A stretch of DNA of 64,000 bases from Bacillota bacterium (lineage in GTDB: Bacteria; Bacillota; UBA5301). Below the pieces are notes generated by a model that worked only from the letters and a program-made list of their open reading frames with translations, did not search any database and had not been told where the DNA came from. The DNA lies in the NCBI GenBank assembly GCA_017656135.1, contig JACDOJ010000007.1, positions 975-64,974 of the forward strand. Reading direction: 5' to 3'. Below are positions 40,702 to 48,939 of the stretch, piece after piece. Numbering within the stretch: the first letter of the stretch is position 1; every line of letters starts with the position of its first letter. Both the position numbers and the translations under genes were made by a program.

Positions 40702-41085
40702 TTATGCAGTAGTGTCAAAAAATACCCCGCTGTTGGCCTCTTTGCCTTCGGAAAATTCCTCGTGAATCCTTTGGTGAATGGATTCGGAAAGCTTTTCCAA
40801 CCGAGACTTCATGCTGAGATCGATGACCAGATCGGCAGTGGTGATAATCATACCGGCGATCAGGGAAGGATCCAGTTTGTTAACGATCCGTACTCTCCTC
40901 CCGATCAAGTCTTCCAGCGCCCGGGCCAGGTCTTTCTTATTTTGCTCAGAGAGCTCCACCACCGTAAAGACCTTGGCCACCACACTGTCATTAACCCGAA
41001 ACCCTCCTAACGGCCCATCGCTCATCCGTTGGTACTCCTGGGCTATTCGACTCCGCCATCTTTCCACAGAAACACCCCCTTCCAT
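40702..41085 (-). CDS. Truncated F-ATPase delta/OSCP C-terminal-domain-like protein, paralog 2
   Basis: RVRIVNKLDPSLIAGMIITTADLVIDLSMKSRLEKLSE matches the delta C-terminal consensus. Start placed at the ATG at 41085. Confidence 0.7.
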   Translation of the reverse strand: MEGGVSVERWRSRIAQEYQRMSDGPLGGFRVNDSVVAKVFTVVELSEQNKKDLARALEDLIGRRVRIVNKLDPSLIAGMIITTADLVIDLSMKSRLEKLSESIHQRIHEEFSEGKEANSGVFFDTTA

Positions 41086-41107
41086 ATCAATATCCCCACC
41101 CCCGGCA

Positions 41108-41150
41108 TCAGGGGGGAAAAACAAAAGCCAGAGCTTTTGCGCTCTGGCTT
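41108..41150 (-). terminator. Terminator-like hairpin plus T-run inside the leader of paralog 2
   Basis: AAGCCAGAGC-ttttgc-GCTCTGGCTT perfect hairpin followed on the minus strand by TTTTGTTTTT. A TTTGCA-17-TATAAT promoter lies upstream at approx. 41195-41230. Confidence 0.5.
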
Positions 41151-41275
41151 AAAACACTGCTTTTTTTAAGAACCCCGGGTCCGGTTACGAAAGGCGCACC
41201 CTATCCTATACAGTTTTTTCTATCTATACTATAATTATACATATTTTGACATAAAATGCAAACAATTCCACTAAT

Positions 41276-42907
41276 TCAGTTGGCTTTTTCCTGGCGGGCG
41301 ATGGTGATCAGGGCCTCCTGGTCCAGGTCATCCACCATATACAATCTGCCCTTGCCTCTTTTAGCCAAGTCCCGAAGGAACCTCTCATCGGGTTTCAACC
41401 CAATTACCACTAGTCGTGCTTTGACCTGCGGGATAAGCTCAACCGCCTCCAAGGCATCGGCCACCGGGTCGGAGGTGCAGAGAGGAACTGTGGGCAGGCC
41501 GTCAGTAATCAAAATCAGCAGCGGGTTCTTGGCCCGGGCCTTCTTGAGAAGCTTGACCCCTTCCACCAGACCACTGGCCAAAGGAGTGAGTCCCTCTGCC
41601 TCCACTCTGTGCAGACCACGCCGGAGCAATTCGTAGTTGCGGGTGAATTCGCTGGCCACCGTCGCTTCTTTGTTTTGAAAAATCACCACCCCTACCCGGT
41701 CTTTGGTAGTCAAAATGAGGTGCTCAGCCAGGTTTACGGCGGCCCGCAAGCGTTTACCCCGCATACTGGTGCTGGCATCGATTAGAAGCAGGATATCCCG
41801 GGGTTTTTTTGGGTTCTTCCTGTATACCCGCAGATCGGCTCGGGTAATTCCGGTCTCACCGCCGCCCCGGAGGAAGTTGTTTTTCTTGGCTGCTATCACT
41901 GTCTCGGAAACAGCGATGTTCCCAGCCCACTCCGCGTCTTCTAGGGGAACGATCTTGCCCCGCTCCGAATCCACTCTCCTCTGCCTGGGATTATCTTCGA
42001 AACTCACCGGCTGTAACTCGGTAACCGAAACCGGCACCTTGCGAATGATCTTCTTAAACTCAGCTTCCAGTTCCTTACTCCGGCTATTCGCCAGCTTGCG
42101 CAGCTCGACCCCTTCATCAGTAAGCCTGTAGCCACCCCAGAGGGTTCGCTTGGCGTACCCGGCTTGAATCAACTGGTTCAAAACTGGGGTGAGGCCGGCG
42201 TGACGCTCAGAGAGCTGGGCTATGGAAGGCGCAACCTTGACAGTCGGGTCCAAGGCCTCCAAGACCTCAACCGCCGCCTGCGTTGAGCCCACTGCCTTGG
42301 CTAAGAACAAAAGCTGCTGCTTTTGGGACAGCCAGGCGAAAGGATTGACTCCCCGAAAGCCGGTGACCGCTGCGGCGGTCTCCGTGATCTGAGAGCTACT
42401 TTGAAAGTCCGGTCCTAAATACTCCTGATGTACCAGCTTCTCCACCTTACGGATTTGCACGCCCTGAGAAGCCAGAAACTCTTCCACTTTATTTACCAAA
42501 ACAGGAATGTAGATGTACTGGCTCTGGGCCAGAGGGACTAAAATGTGCAGGTGGTTGGCTTCCTTGCCGGTCTCCACCGCCAATTCCGGCAGGTCCTCCC
42601 CAGGAAAGCGGATGGCCATTTCGTCCTTTAGGCCCTTCACTACATCTTCAGGATTAGCCACCAGGCCCGGGGCATGAAAAACATCCAGGTGCACGTATCT
42701 CTCAGGAGCCGCCCCCAGATAAAACTGGCCCGCATCGAGGTTAGAGAGAATCACAATCTGGCCGGGATTAGTTCTGTCCACTTGGTGCAGGCGCTTACTG
42801 ACCACCGAGCTTTCCCCAACCCTGAGGCCCTGAGAGTGATCGATGTATTCGCTGAAAAAGGTATTTAACTCCGAGCGATGCTCAGCCAGAATTGCTAACA
42901 GGTTCAT
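41276..42907 (-). CDS. ChlD-like von Willebrand factor A (VWA/MIDAS) domain protein
   Basis: C-terminal VWA domain with MIDAS DASTSM (DxSxS). 543 aa. Start is 3 nt downstream of the AAA+ gene stop. Confidence 0.75.
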   Translation of the reverse strand: MNLLAILAEHRSELNTFFSEYIDHSQGLRVGESSVVSKRLHQVDRTNPGQIVILSNLDAGQFYLGAAPERYVHLDVFHAPGLVANPEDVVKGLKDEMAIRFPGEDLPELAVETGKEANHLHILVPLAQSQYIYIPVLVNKVEEFLASQGVQIRKVEKLVHQEYLGPDFQSSSQITETAAAVTGFRGVNPFAWLSQKQQLLFLAKAVGSTQAAVEVLEALDPTVKVAPSIAQLSERHAGLTPVLNQLIQAGYAKRTLWGGYRLTDEGVELRKLANSRSKELEAEFKKIIRKVPVSVTELQPVSFEDNPRQRRVDSERGKIVPLEDAEWAGNIAVSETVIAAKKNNFLRGGGETGITRADLRVYRKNPKKPRDILLLIDASTSMRGKRLRAAVNLAEHLILTTKDRVGVVIFQNKEATVASEFTRNYELLRRGLHRVEAEGLTPLASGLVEGVKLLKKARAKNPLLILITDGLPTVPLCTSDPVADALEAVELIPQVKARLVVIGLKPDERFLRDLAKRGKGRLYMVDDLDQEALITIARQEKAN

Positions 42908-42909
42908 GC

Positions 42910-44151
42910 TTAAAGGTCACCCTCGGTGGCGACCGCCTCATCCACTGCCAGTTCAGAGATAGGGCGGGCCGGTTTCGGAGGTGCCGGCTGCGTTTCTTTT
43001 GGACCGGACTTAACCCTGCCGGAGCCGAAGATCCTGGCCAGGCTACCAGTCGTTTTTTGGCTTTCCCTGTCTCTGGAAGAACCCTGAGGTTTCTCGGTGG
43101 TGAAACGCCTCTCCTTCAGATAAGTAAGGATCTCCTCCAGCCGTTCCGGGAAAACTCGATGGTTCAGTGCCCAGGGTAAGACGGCGACCACATCATAGAC
43201 CTCTACGTGGTGCCGTTTGTGCAGGGCGGCTCTGATTTGGGCCCCTAGCTGAGCTGCTTCCACGGCCCGAAGGCTCTCAATCCCAAACTTCACGTACACC
43301 TCCGCCAACAGGTCTTCCACGTAATCCGGGACCCAGAGGTCGTCCAGCATCTCGGCAGCGGCCAGCAGGCGTTTGCGGACCTGCTCGTTCCCACGGTGGG
43401 ATAGACCGGCCCGAGTGGAGGATTTTGTCCGTCTCTGCCGGTTCTGGCGGAGGATGCCGGCAACAGCCTCCACTTTATCCGGCCGGCCCATATCAATCAC
43501 AAGGTCAAACCGGTCAGAAAGCTGTTTGCGGACGTCGCTCAGAGGGCCCGGATCTTCGTCGGGGTTAGATGCCGCCCAGACCGAAACCTGAACCGGGACT
43601 TCCACAGCTGCCAAACCCGTTTCTTCGATTTGCACCCGGCCAGGCTTGGTTCCCATGACGTCCAGAAGGATGTCGGTGATTTCCGGCGAGGTATCAGCTA
43701 AGCGGTTGATTTCATCGATGAAGATGATCCCCCGGTGAGCCTGGGGAATAATGCCAGGGAGCAGCGCGGCCTCTGGGTGGGTTTTATCAGTAATCTTGGC
43801 CAAATCAATGCTGCCGGCCACCGTGCCGATCTTGGCCGAGTGAGAGATCTCCAAGAAAGGCATGAGGATCTCTTCTGTCCCGATCCGGTCAATCTCTTCC
43901 GGAGAGAGGTTTCGGTGCTCCGGGCAGTGGGGCTCCGCCGGATCACAGTTGTAGAGACAGCCTTTGATCCGGGTTATCGTCGGCATCACCCCGGCCGCCG
44001 ACCGAAAAATGGTGGTCTTGCCGGTTCCCCGCAGGCCTTCGGCGTGGACGTGCAAAGGCAATCCGGCGAGGGTCGAGACAATAGACATTTCTACGGCTTC
44101 GAAAAGTGCTTCGTTTCCCTGGTACCTGGCTAGGTCCGAATAGAGCTTCAT
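42910..44151 (-). CDS. ChlI/BchI-type AAA+ ATPase (Mg-chelatase I-subunit family)
   Basis: Walker A GLRGTGKTT. Walker B IIFIDEINRL. ChlI-like arrangement. 413 aa. Confidence 0.75.
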   Translation of the reverse strand: MKLYSDLARYQGNEALFEAVEMSIVSTLAGLPLHVHAEGLRGTGKTTIFRSAAGVMPTITRIKGCLYNCDPAEPHCPEHRNLSPEEIDRIGTEEILMPFLEISHSAKIGTVAGSIDLAKITDKTHPEAALLPGIIPQAHRGIIFIDEINRLADTSPEITDILLDVMGTKPGRVQIEETGLAAVEVPVQVSVWAASNPDEDPGPLSDVRKQLSDRFDLVIDMGRPDKVEAVAGILRQNRQRRTKSSTRAGLSHRGNEQVRKRLLAAAEMLDDLWVPDYVEDLLAEVYVKFGIESLRAVEAAQLGAQIRAALHKRHHVEVYDVVAVLPWALNHRVFPERLEEILTYLKERRFTTEKPQGSSRDRESQKTTGSLARIFGSGRVKSGPKETQPAPPKPARPISELAVDEAVATEGDL

Positions 44152-44207
44152 GTTAACCCCCCGTTGTCCATATACTAGTAGTCTTCTCCATTGTAGTCAC
44201 ATGAACA

Positions 44208-44245
44208 GTGGGAAAGCAAGGTACAAAAAGCAAAAGAACCCGGGA
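44208..44245 (-). terminator. Rho-independent terminator (minus strand) after the small zinc-ribbon gene
   Basis: GAATCCGGTTTCCCGGGTTC hairpin followed by TTTTGCTTTTTG on the minus strand. Confidence 0.55.
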
Positions 44246-44300
44246 AACCGGATTCTTTTCACAAACTGCCAACTTTTTGCTTTGTAATCAGACGGTACAA

Positions 44301-44459
44301 TCACATGGGCTTCTGAACTTTTTGTTGCTCTTTAGCCTCGTACTGGACCTTGGCCTTGCAAATCTCACAGACGTAATACTTCTGAGCCGAGTGGGTAAGC
44401 CGCTTGTAGCCCTCGACCTTCTCGACTTTGCCGCAGATGATGCATCTCCTCTCCACCAT
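44301..44459 (-). CDS. 52-aa C4 zinc-ribbon protein (not in ORF track)
   Basis: MVERRCIICGKVEKVEGYKRLTHSAQKYYVCEICKAKVQYEAKEQQKVQKPM. AAGGGGG RBS 9 nt upstream of the ATG at 44459. Confidence 0.5.
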   Translation of the reverse strand: MVERRCIICGKVEKVEGYKRLTHSAQKYYVCEICKAKVQYEAKEQQKVQKPM

Positions 44460-44537
44460 ACTCTTGGCCCCCTTTACTTCTTACTAATATCTTCTACTTT
44501 TACGTAATTATATCCTCTTTGCATAAATATTTCCAGT

Positions 44538-44837
44538 TTAAAACTCTTGATGAATTTTTTCGTGAATGGATTCTGAGAGTTTCTCCAGCCTGGAAGCCAT
44601 GCTCATGTCAATCACTAGGTCGGAAGTTCGGATGACCATACCGGCAATAATCGACGGATCCAGCTTGTTTTTAATCCGGCACTTCTTCCCGGTCAGTTCT
44701 TCCAGGGCTTCCTGCAGTTCTAGTATTTCCTCATCCTTCAGTTTTACCACGGTAATAACTTCTGCCACGGTTTCGAAAGGGGACAAGTGGGAGGTGGCCA
44801 AGTAGTCTCGCTGCAAGCGTTCACGCCATTTGTTCAT
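44538..44837 (-). CDS. Truncated F-ATPase delta/OSCP C-terminal-domain-like protein, paralog 3
   Basis: LTGKKCRIKNKLDPSIIAGMVIRTSDLVIDMSMASRLEKLSE. 99 aa from the ATG at 44837 with GGAGGAGGGG RBS. Confidence 0.7.
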   Translation of the reverse strand: MNKWRERLQRDYLATSHLSPFETVAEVITVVKLKDEEILELQEALEELTGKKCRIKNKLDPSIIAGMVIRTSDLVIDMSMASRLEKLSESIHEKIHQEF

Positions 44838-44920
44838 CGCCTTCCCCTCCTCCAAAAACCTCTCCACTATCATGATATTCAGCAGGCGGCAAAAGTGAAC
44901 GAATTCACTGAAAAGGGCGT

Positions 44921-44950
44921 GAAAAAACCCCCTAACCCTAAGGCAGGGGG
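44921..44950 (-). terminator. Rho-independent terminator after the FAD-oxidase/Fe-S gene
   Basis: CCCCCTGCCTTAGGGTTAGGGGG hairpin followed by TTTTTTC on the minus strand. Confidence 0.65.
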
Positions 44951-44984
44951 CCTAAATGGTCCGTATCGTTCTATCCACGCCGAA

Positions 44985-47900
44985 TTAAGCGGATTTTTGG
45001 GCTTTGAGCCTTTCGGCCATGGCTTCCATCATCTCCGGTTTGATCCTGGCCAGGACCTTAGGCAGCATCGCCGGCATCAACTGATTCATAACCGAAGGAA
45101 GGATCTGTGGCATCAGCTCCTCCATGGACTCCGGCATATCCGGGATGTTCTTCTTCATCAGCTTCAAGACTTCCGGCAGCATCTTGGGCATCATCTGGTC
45201 CATCATCCTGGGCATCATTGCCGGCATGATCTTCTCCATCAGGTTCAGCATGATCTTCTTGGTGGAGTTGGGCATCTTCTCCATCTTGTCCATGGCTGAC
45301 TGCATGATCTCCGGCATCATATCGAACATCTGGGGCATCAGTTCCAGCATCATGTCGGCCATGCCTTCATCGGTCATCTGGTTCAGCGCCTTCTCAAAGA
45401 CGGACCACATATACCGGATCACCGGAGTCGGATCTTTGACTTCATAACCCAAACCTTCAGCGATGATGCTGGCGAAGTCCCTGATGGTCACCTCGGTCCC
45501 TTCGGCGTCAGCTGCCGCCCTAAGTTGGAACTCACAGCAGGGGCAGGTGGTGACCAGAGCGTCGGCACCGACCTCATTGGCTTCCCTTACCCGCATGTCG
45601 CCGAGTTTGTCAGAAGCGGCGGTGGCCCCGATCCGGGTCAAAACGCTGCCGCAGCAAAGAGCGTTTTCCCGGTTGTGCTTCATCTCTACCAGCTTGACGC
45701 CGGGAACAGAGGCGATGGATTCCCTGGGTTCTTCGTAGATCTTACCGTGCCGCCCAATGTGACAGGGATCGTGCCAGGTGAGGATCTTCTCCACCGGTTT
45801 CTTAAACTTCAGCTTGCCTTCCTTGATTTTCTCGATAGTGTACTGGGAAAGGTGGACGACCTCAACATCCCAGTCTATGCCGAGCTTTTCTGCCCACTCC
45901 TTGTAGTGGTGGGCCAGAGTCACCCAACAGCCGGGACAAGATGCGATCAACTTTTTGATGCCGCGTTTTTTAATCTGCTCAATGTTGTAGCGCATGACCC
46001 GCTCCCAGCGCTCCCACTGCCCTGACATCAGGAAGGGTACACCACAGCAGGACTCATCCTTGCCTAAGTAGGTGAATTTTTCACCGGCCTCTTTGAGGAT
46101 GTGGACCGCGTTTTCAGCCACATCGGTGGTAACATAGGAAGCGGTACAACCGGCCCAGTAGCCGATCTCGCCTTCCGGTTGGATCTCAACATCTTCCGGC
46201 ACCCAGGCATCCCGCTCAGCCATGCGACCGGCCCAGATGTTCCTGGCGTTATCCCAGGCTGCACCCATCATCTCGAAACCGGGGAAGGTCTGGAAATTCA
46301 GCTCTTCCACGAATTTGCCTCTGAGCTTGCCCCAGAGCTTTTCGATGGGCAGGTTCACCTGGCAGACGTCATCACAGCGTTTGCAGGTCGTGCAGAGCAA
46401 AAAGTTATCCACGACCTCCTGAGTAAGCTCGGCCTTACCCTCCATGTACTTGCGGAGGAAGAACCACTTACCCCGCGGGGAAGAGCCTTCGGTGCGTTTA
46501 CCGGCGTAGAGTGTGCAGACGTTGTTGCAGTACCCACACTGGGCACAGGCGTAAGCAGCGTAGGCTACTTCTTTAGGCAATTTCTTGCTGTCTTTGCCCT
46601 CTTTCGGCAGAACTTTTTCGGCAATATCAGTGATCGGGCGTCCCCACTTAGCCATCTGCATGGCAATCGGCAGGAACTTACCTTTGCCCATGATGACCTT
46701 ATCTGGATTCAGCAGGGTCTTAGGATCAGTTTCAGCCTTGAAGGCCTTAACCTTGGCCAAAAGGTCTTTGCCTAAAACCCGTTCGGCCTCGTGGGCGAAG
46801 AAGAGACCCATGGCATAGGGCCGGCCGCCGTTTTTCTCGGCCAACTCCTTGACCAGCAAGGATTTGGTGTATCCCAGCATGTAGGCAAGGGTCCGTTCGT
46901 CAGAAGTCAGGAAGGCAAGGATGGTGGCTTCTCCATGGGAGGTCAAGGTCCCTTCCACGGCAATACCTTTGACCTCCTCGCTGACTTGTTTCAGGAATTT
47001 ATCCATGTTGTCCACAGGAACCAGGGCCTCACTGGGGATCAAGGAAGGACCTAGTTTCTTGAGGCGCATGGGGTAAAAACGCTCGCCCCACTCTTCTTCA
47101 GCCAGCTCGGTAGAGAGAATCTGAGCCCCGAACTCCTCTGCCAGTTTCTCCAGTTCGCCTTGGAGGTATTCCCTGCTCTCAGGGTAGGCAAACAGGACCA
47201 CCGGCCGGTCTTTAGGCATAACATGATGCTCTTTGGCCTCCTCCCGGCGCTTCACAAATTCAGGAGTACCAAAGTTGATGTGCCAGAAGGGGAGTTTCCG
47301 CTCATAGACAGTGTTCAAAGCGGCAGTCATGTGTTCTTCGTCGGGGAAAGCCAGAGCGGCGACAACGTCTTTTTCGGCGGGACGGAGTTTCAGAGTGACT
47401 TTAGTGATCAGTCCGGTGATACCCTCTGTGCCAACAAAGAGAGGAAGGTCTGTGCCGGAAGCCTCTTTGACTTCGCCGGTGAAAGTGACGATCTCCACGG
47501 CAGCTACGTTTTCCTGGATGTGCCCGTACTCAAAGCTTCCGATACCGGCACCACCTGCCGCAACCCAACCGGCGCAAGTAGCACCGGGAGCGCTGGTGGG
47601 ATAGAGACGCAGTGCTACCCCCTGCCGGCGCAGCTCATCTTCGAGGTTACTCCAAATGACACCGGCCTCAACCACAGCCTCCATTTTTTCCGGGTCAACC
47701 TTGATGATTTTGTCCATCCGAGTGAAATCGATGGTGATACCACCGCGGGTAGGCATGGAGCCGCCGTAACCACTGGTACCGGCGCCTCGAGGAGTTAAAG
47801 GCAGGTCGTAACGGTCTGCTAAAGCAATGATCTTCTGAAGTTCTTCCACTGTTACCGGCTGAGCCACAGCATCCGGAACCACTTTGAAGGGGGCAAGCAT

Positions 47901-48008
47901 GGAATCAGGCATGCTACCCACATCGTGGCTGTAAAGGAGCCGCTCGTTGTATTCGAAGTGGACTCGGTCGCCGAGGACCTCAGCCAGCTCCCGTTGCCAA
48001 TCTTTCAC
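44985..48008 (-). CDS. Fused FAD-linked oxidase (GlcD-like) / Fe-S CCG-domain oxidoreductase (GlcF/HdrD-like) with Met-rich C-terminal tail
   Basis: FAD_binding_4 motif RGAGTSGYGGS. Two CxxCxxCxxxC ferredoxin motifs. Two CCG (CxnCCG) domains. About 140 aa Met-rich tail at the C-terminus (MxxMP/LMP repeats). GTG start with GGAGGTG RBS. Confidence 0.8.
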   Translation of the reverse strand: MKDWQRELAEVLGDRVHFEYNERLLYSHDVGSMPDSMLAPFKVVPDAVAQPVTVEELQKIIALADRYDLPLTPRGAGTSGYGGSMPTRGGITIDFTRMDKIIKVDPEKMEAVVEAGVIWSNLEDELRRQGVALRLYPTSAPGATCAGWVAAGGAGIGSFEYGHIQENVAAVEIVTFTGEVKEASGTDLPLFVGTEGITGLITKVTLKLRPAEKDVVAALAFPDEEHMTAALNTVYERKLPFWHINFGTPEFVKRREEAKEHHVMPKDRPVVLFAYPESREYLQGELEKLAEEFGAQILSTELAEEEWGERFYPMRLKKLGPSLIPSEALVPVDNMDKFLKQVSEEVKGIAVEGTLTSHGEATILAFLTSDERTLAYMLGYTKSLLVKELAEKNGGRPYAMGLFFAHEAERVLGKDLLAKVKAFKAETDPKTLLNPDKVIMGKGKFLPIAMQMAKWGRPITDIAEKVLPKEGKDSKKLPKEVAYAAYACAQCGYCNNVCTLYAGKRTEGSSPRGKWFFLRKYMEGKAELTQEVVDNFLLCTTCKRCDDVCQVNLPIEKLWGKLRGKFVEELNFQTFPGFEMMGAAWDNARNIWAGRMAERDAWVPEDVEIQPEGEIGYWAGCTASYVTTDVAENAVHILKEAGEKFTYLGKDESCCGVPFLMSGQWERWERVMRYNIEQIKKRGIKKLIASCPGCWVTLAHHYKEWAEKLGIDWDVEVVHLSQYTIEKIKEGKLKFKKPVEKILTWHDPCHIGRHGKIYEEPRESIASVPGVKLVEMKHNRENALCCGSVLTRIGATAASDKLGDMRVREANEVGADALVTTCPCCEFQLRAAADAEGTEVTIRDFASIIAEGLGYEVKDPTPVIRYMWSVFEKALNQMTDEGMADMMLELMPQMFDMMPEIMQSAMDKMEKMPNSTKKIMLNLMEKIMPAMMPRMMDQMMPKMLPEVLKLMKKNIPDMPESMEELMPQILPSVMNQLMPAMLPKVLARIKPEMMEAMAERLKAQKSA

Positions 48009-48092
48009 GTTAGCACCTCCGCTAAATTCGCTAATTTTATAATTATTATATACCCTGTTTTATAAATAATGCAATAGGAGGTGCTTGTATCT

Positions 48093-48896
48093 TTAGTCGT
48101 TTTGCAGCCAGTTTTCCCTAAATAGCTTAATGAAATTTAGAATAAAGCGAAATTCCTTTTCATCCAGGTCGCAGACCATCTGAAGGAGGGCCTGGACCCT
48201 AGGTTCTGCCAGAAGCTTCTTGCATTCAGGCTTTAGGTTGGTTAAAAGATCTTCGGTCACCTGATCGGTTTCCAGAATTAAAGAACAGGGAGTTACGCCC
48301 AGGGCCGTGGCCAGCCGCTCCAGAGTTTCTAGAGAAGCACCGGATTTACCCTGTTCGATCTGGGCAACCAGGCTTGCAGAAACACCGGCTTTCCCAGCCA
48401 GCTCCTTCCGGGACATGCCTAAAGAGGTGCGGACGGTCTTGAGCCGTTCTCCCAGTTCACGAGGGTTCGTCCGGTTCATCACCACAGGGAGGGAGATGCC
48501 TAAGACGTCGGCGAGACGTTTAAGCACATCAATACTGGGGTTGACCTGGCCTCTTTCGATTTGGCTGAGGTAAGCAGGGGAAATGCCCGCCAGTTTACTG
48601 GTTTTAGTGAGGTTCCAGCCCTTGCGCACCCGGGCCACCTTGAGCTTGCCCCCTAAGTAGATCTCCTCCTCAGGGCCGTTTTGGCTGAGTTCAGGAGGCA
48701 AGAGGGCATTGGCGTCGATGCCCAGGGCTTCGGCGATCCGCATCACCGTTTTAATGGAAGGCCGTTTTTTGTTCTGTTCGATCTCGCTTAGATAAGAAGG
48801 AGAGACGCCCACCTTCTCCGCCAGCTGCACCAGAGTGTAATTACGGCTTTTGCGATGGCGTCGCAGTTCAGATCCGAGGTTCATAACTTCACCCAC
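48093..48896 (-). CDS. XRE-family transcriptional regulator with three tandem HTH domains
   Basis: Three repeats of the Cro/C1 HTH pattern (..LAEKVGVSPSYLSEIEQ.., ..SKLAGISPAYLSQIERG.., ..LAGKAGVSASLVAQIEQG..). Confidence 0.75.
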   Translation of the reverse strand: MGEVMNLGSELRRHRKSRNYTLVQLAEKVGVSPSYLSEIEQNKKRPSIKTVMRIAEALGIDANALLPPELSQNGPEEEIYLGGKLKVARVRKGWNLTKTSKLAGISPAYLSQIERGQVNPSIDVLKRLADVLGISLPVVMNRTNPRELGERLKTVRTSLGMSRKELAGKAGVSASLVAQIEQGKSGASLETLERLATALGVTPCSLILETDQVTEDLLTNLKPECKKLLAEPRVQALLQMVCDLDEKEFRFILNFIKLFRENWLQND

Positions 48897-48939
48897 TTCG
48901 CTAATTTCAAGAATACTATATCCAAAAACTAGCGATATT

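Noticed and set aside
45525-47798. Several 150-220 aa plus-strand ORFs inside the 3-kb FAD-oxidase/Fe-S gene
   Set aside because: Antisense shadow ORFs of a long high-GC gene whose sense frame has multiple conserved cofactor motifs.
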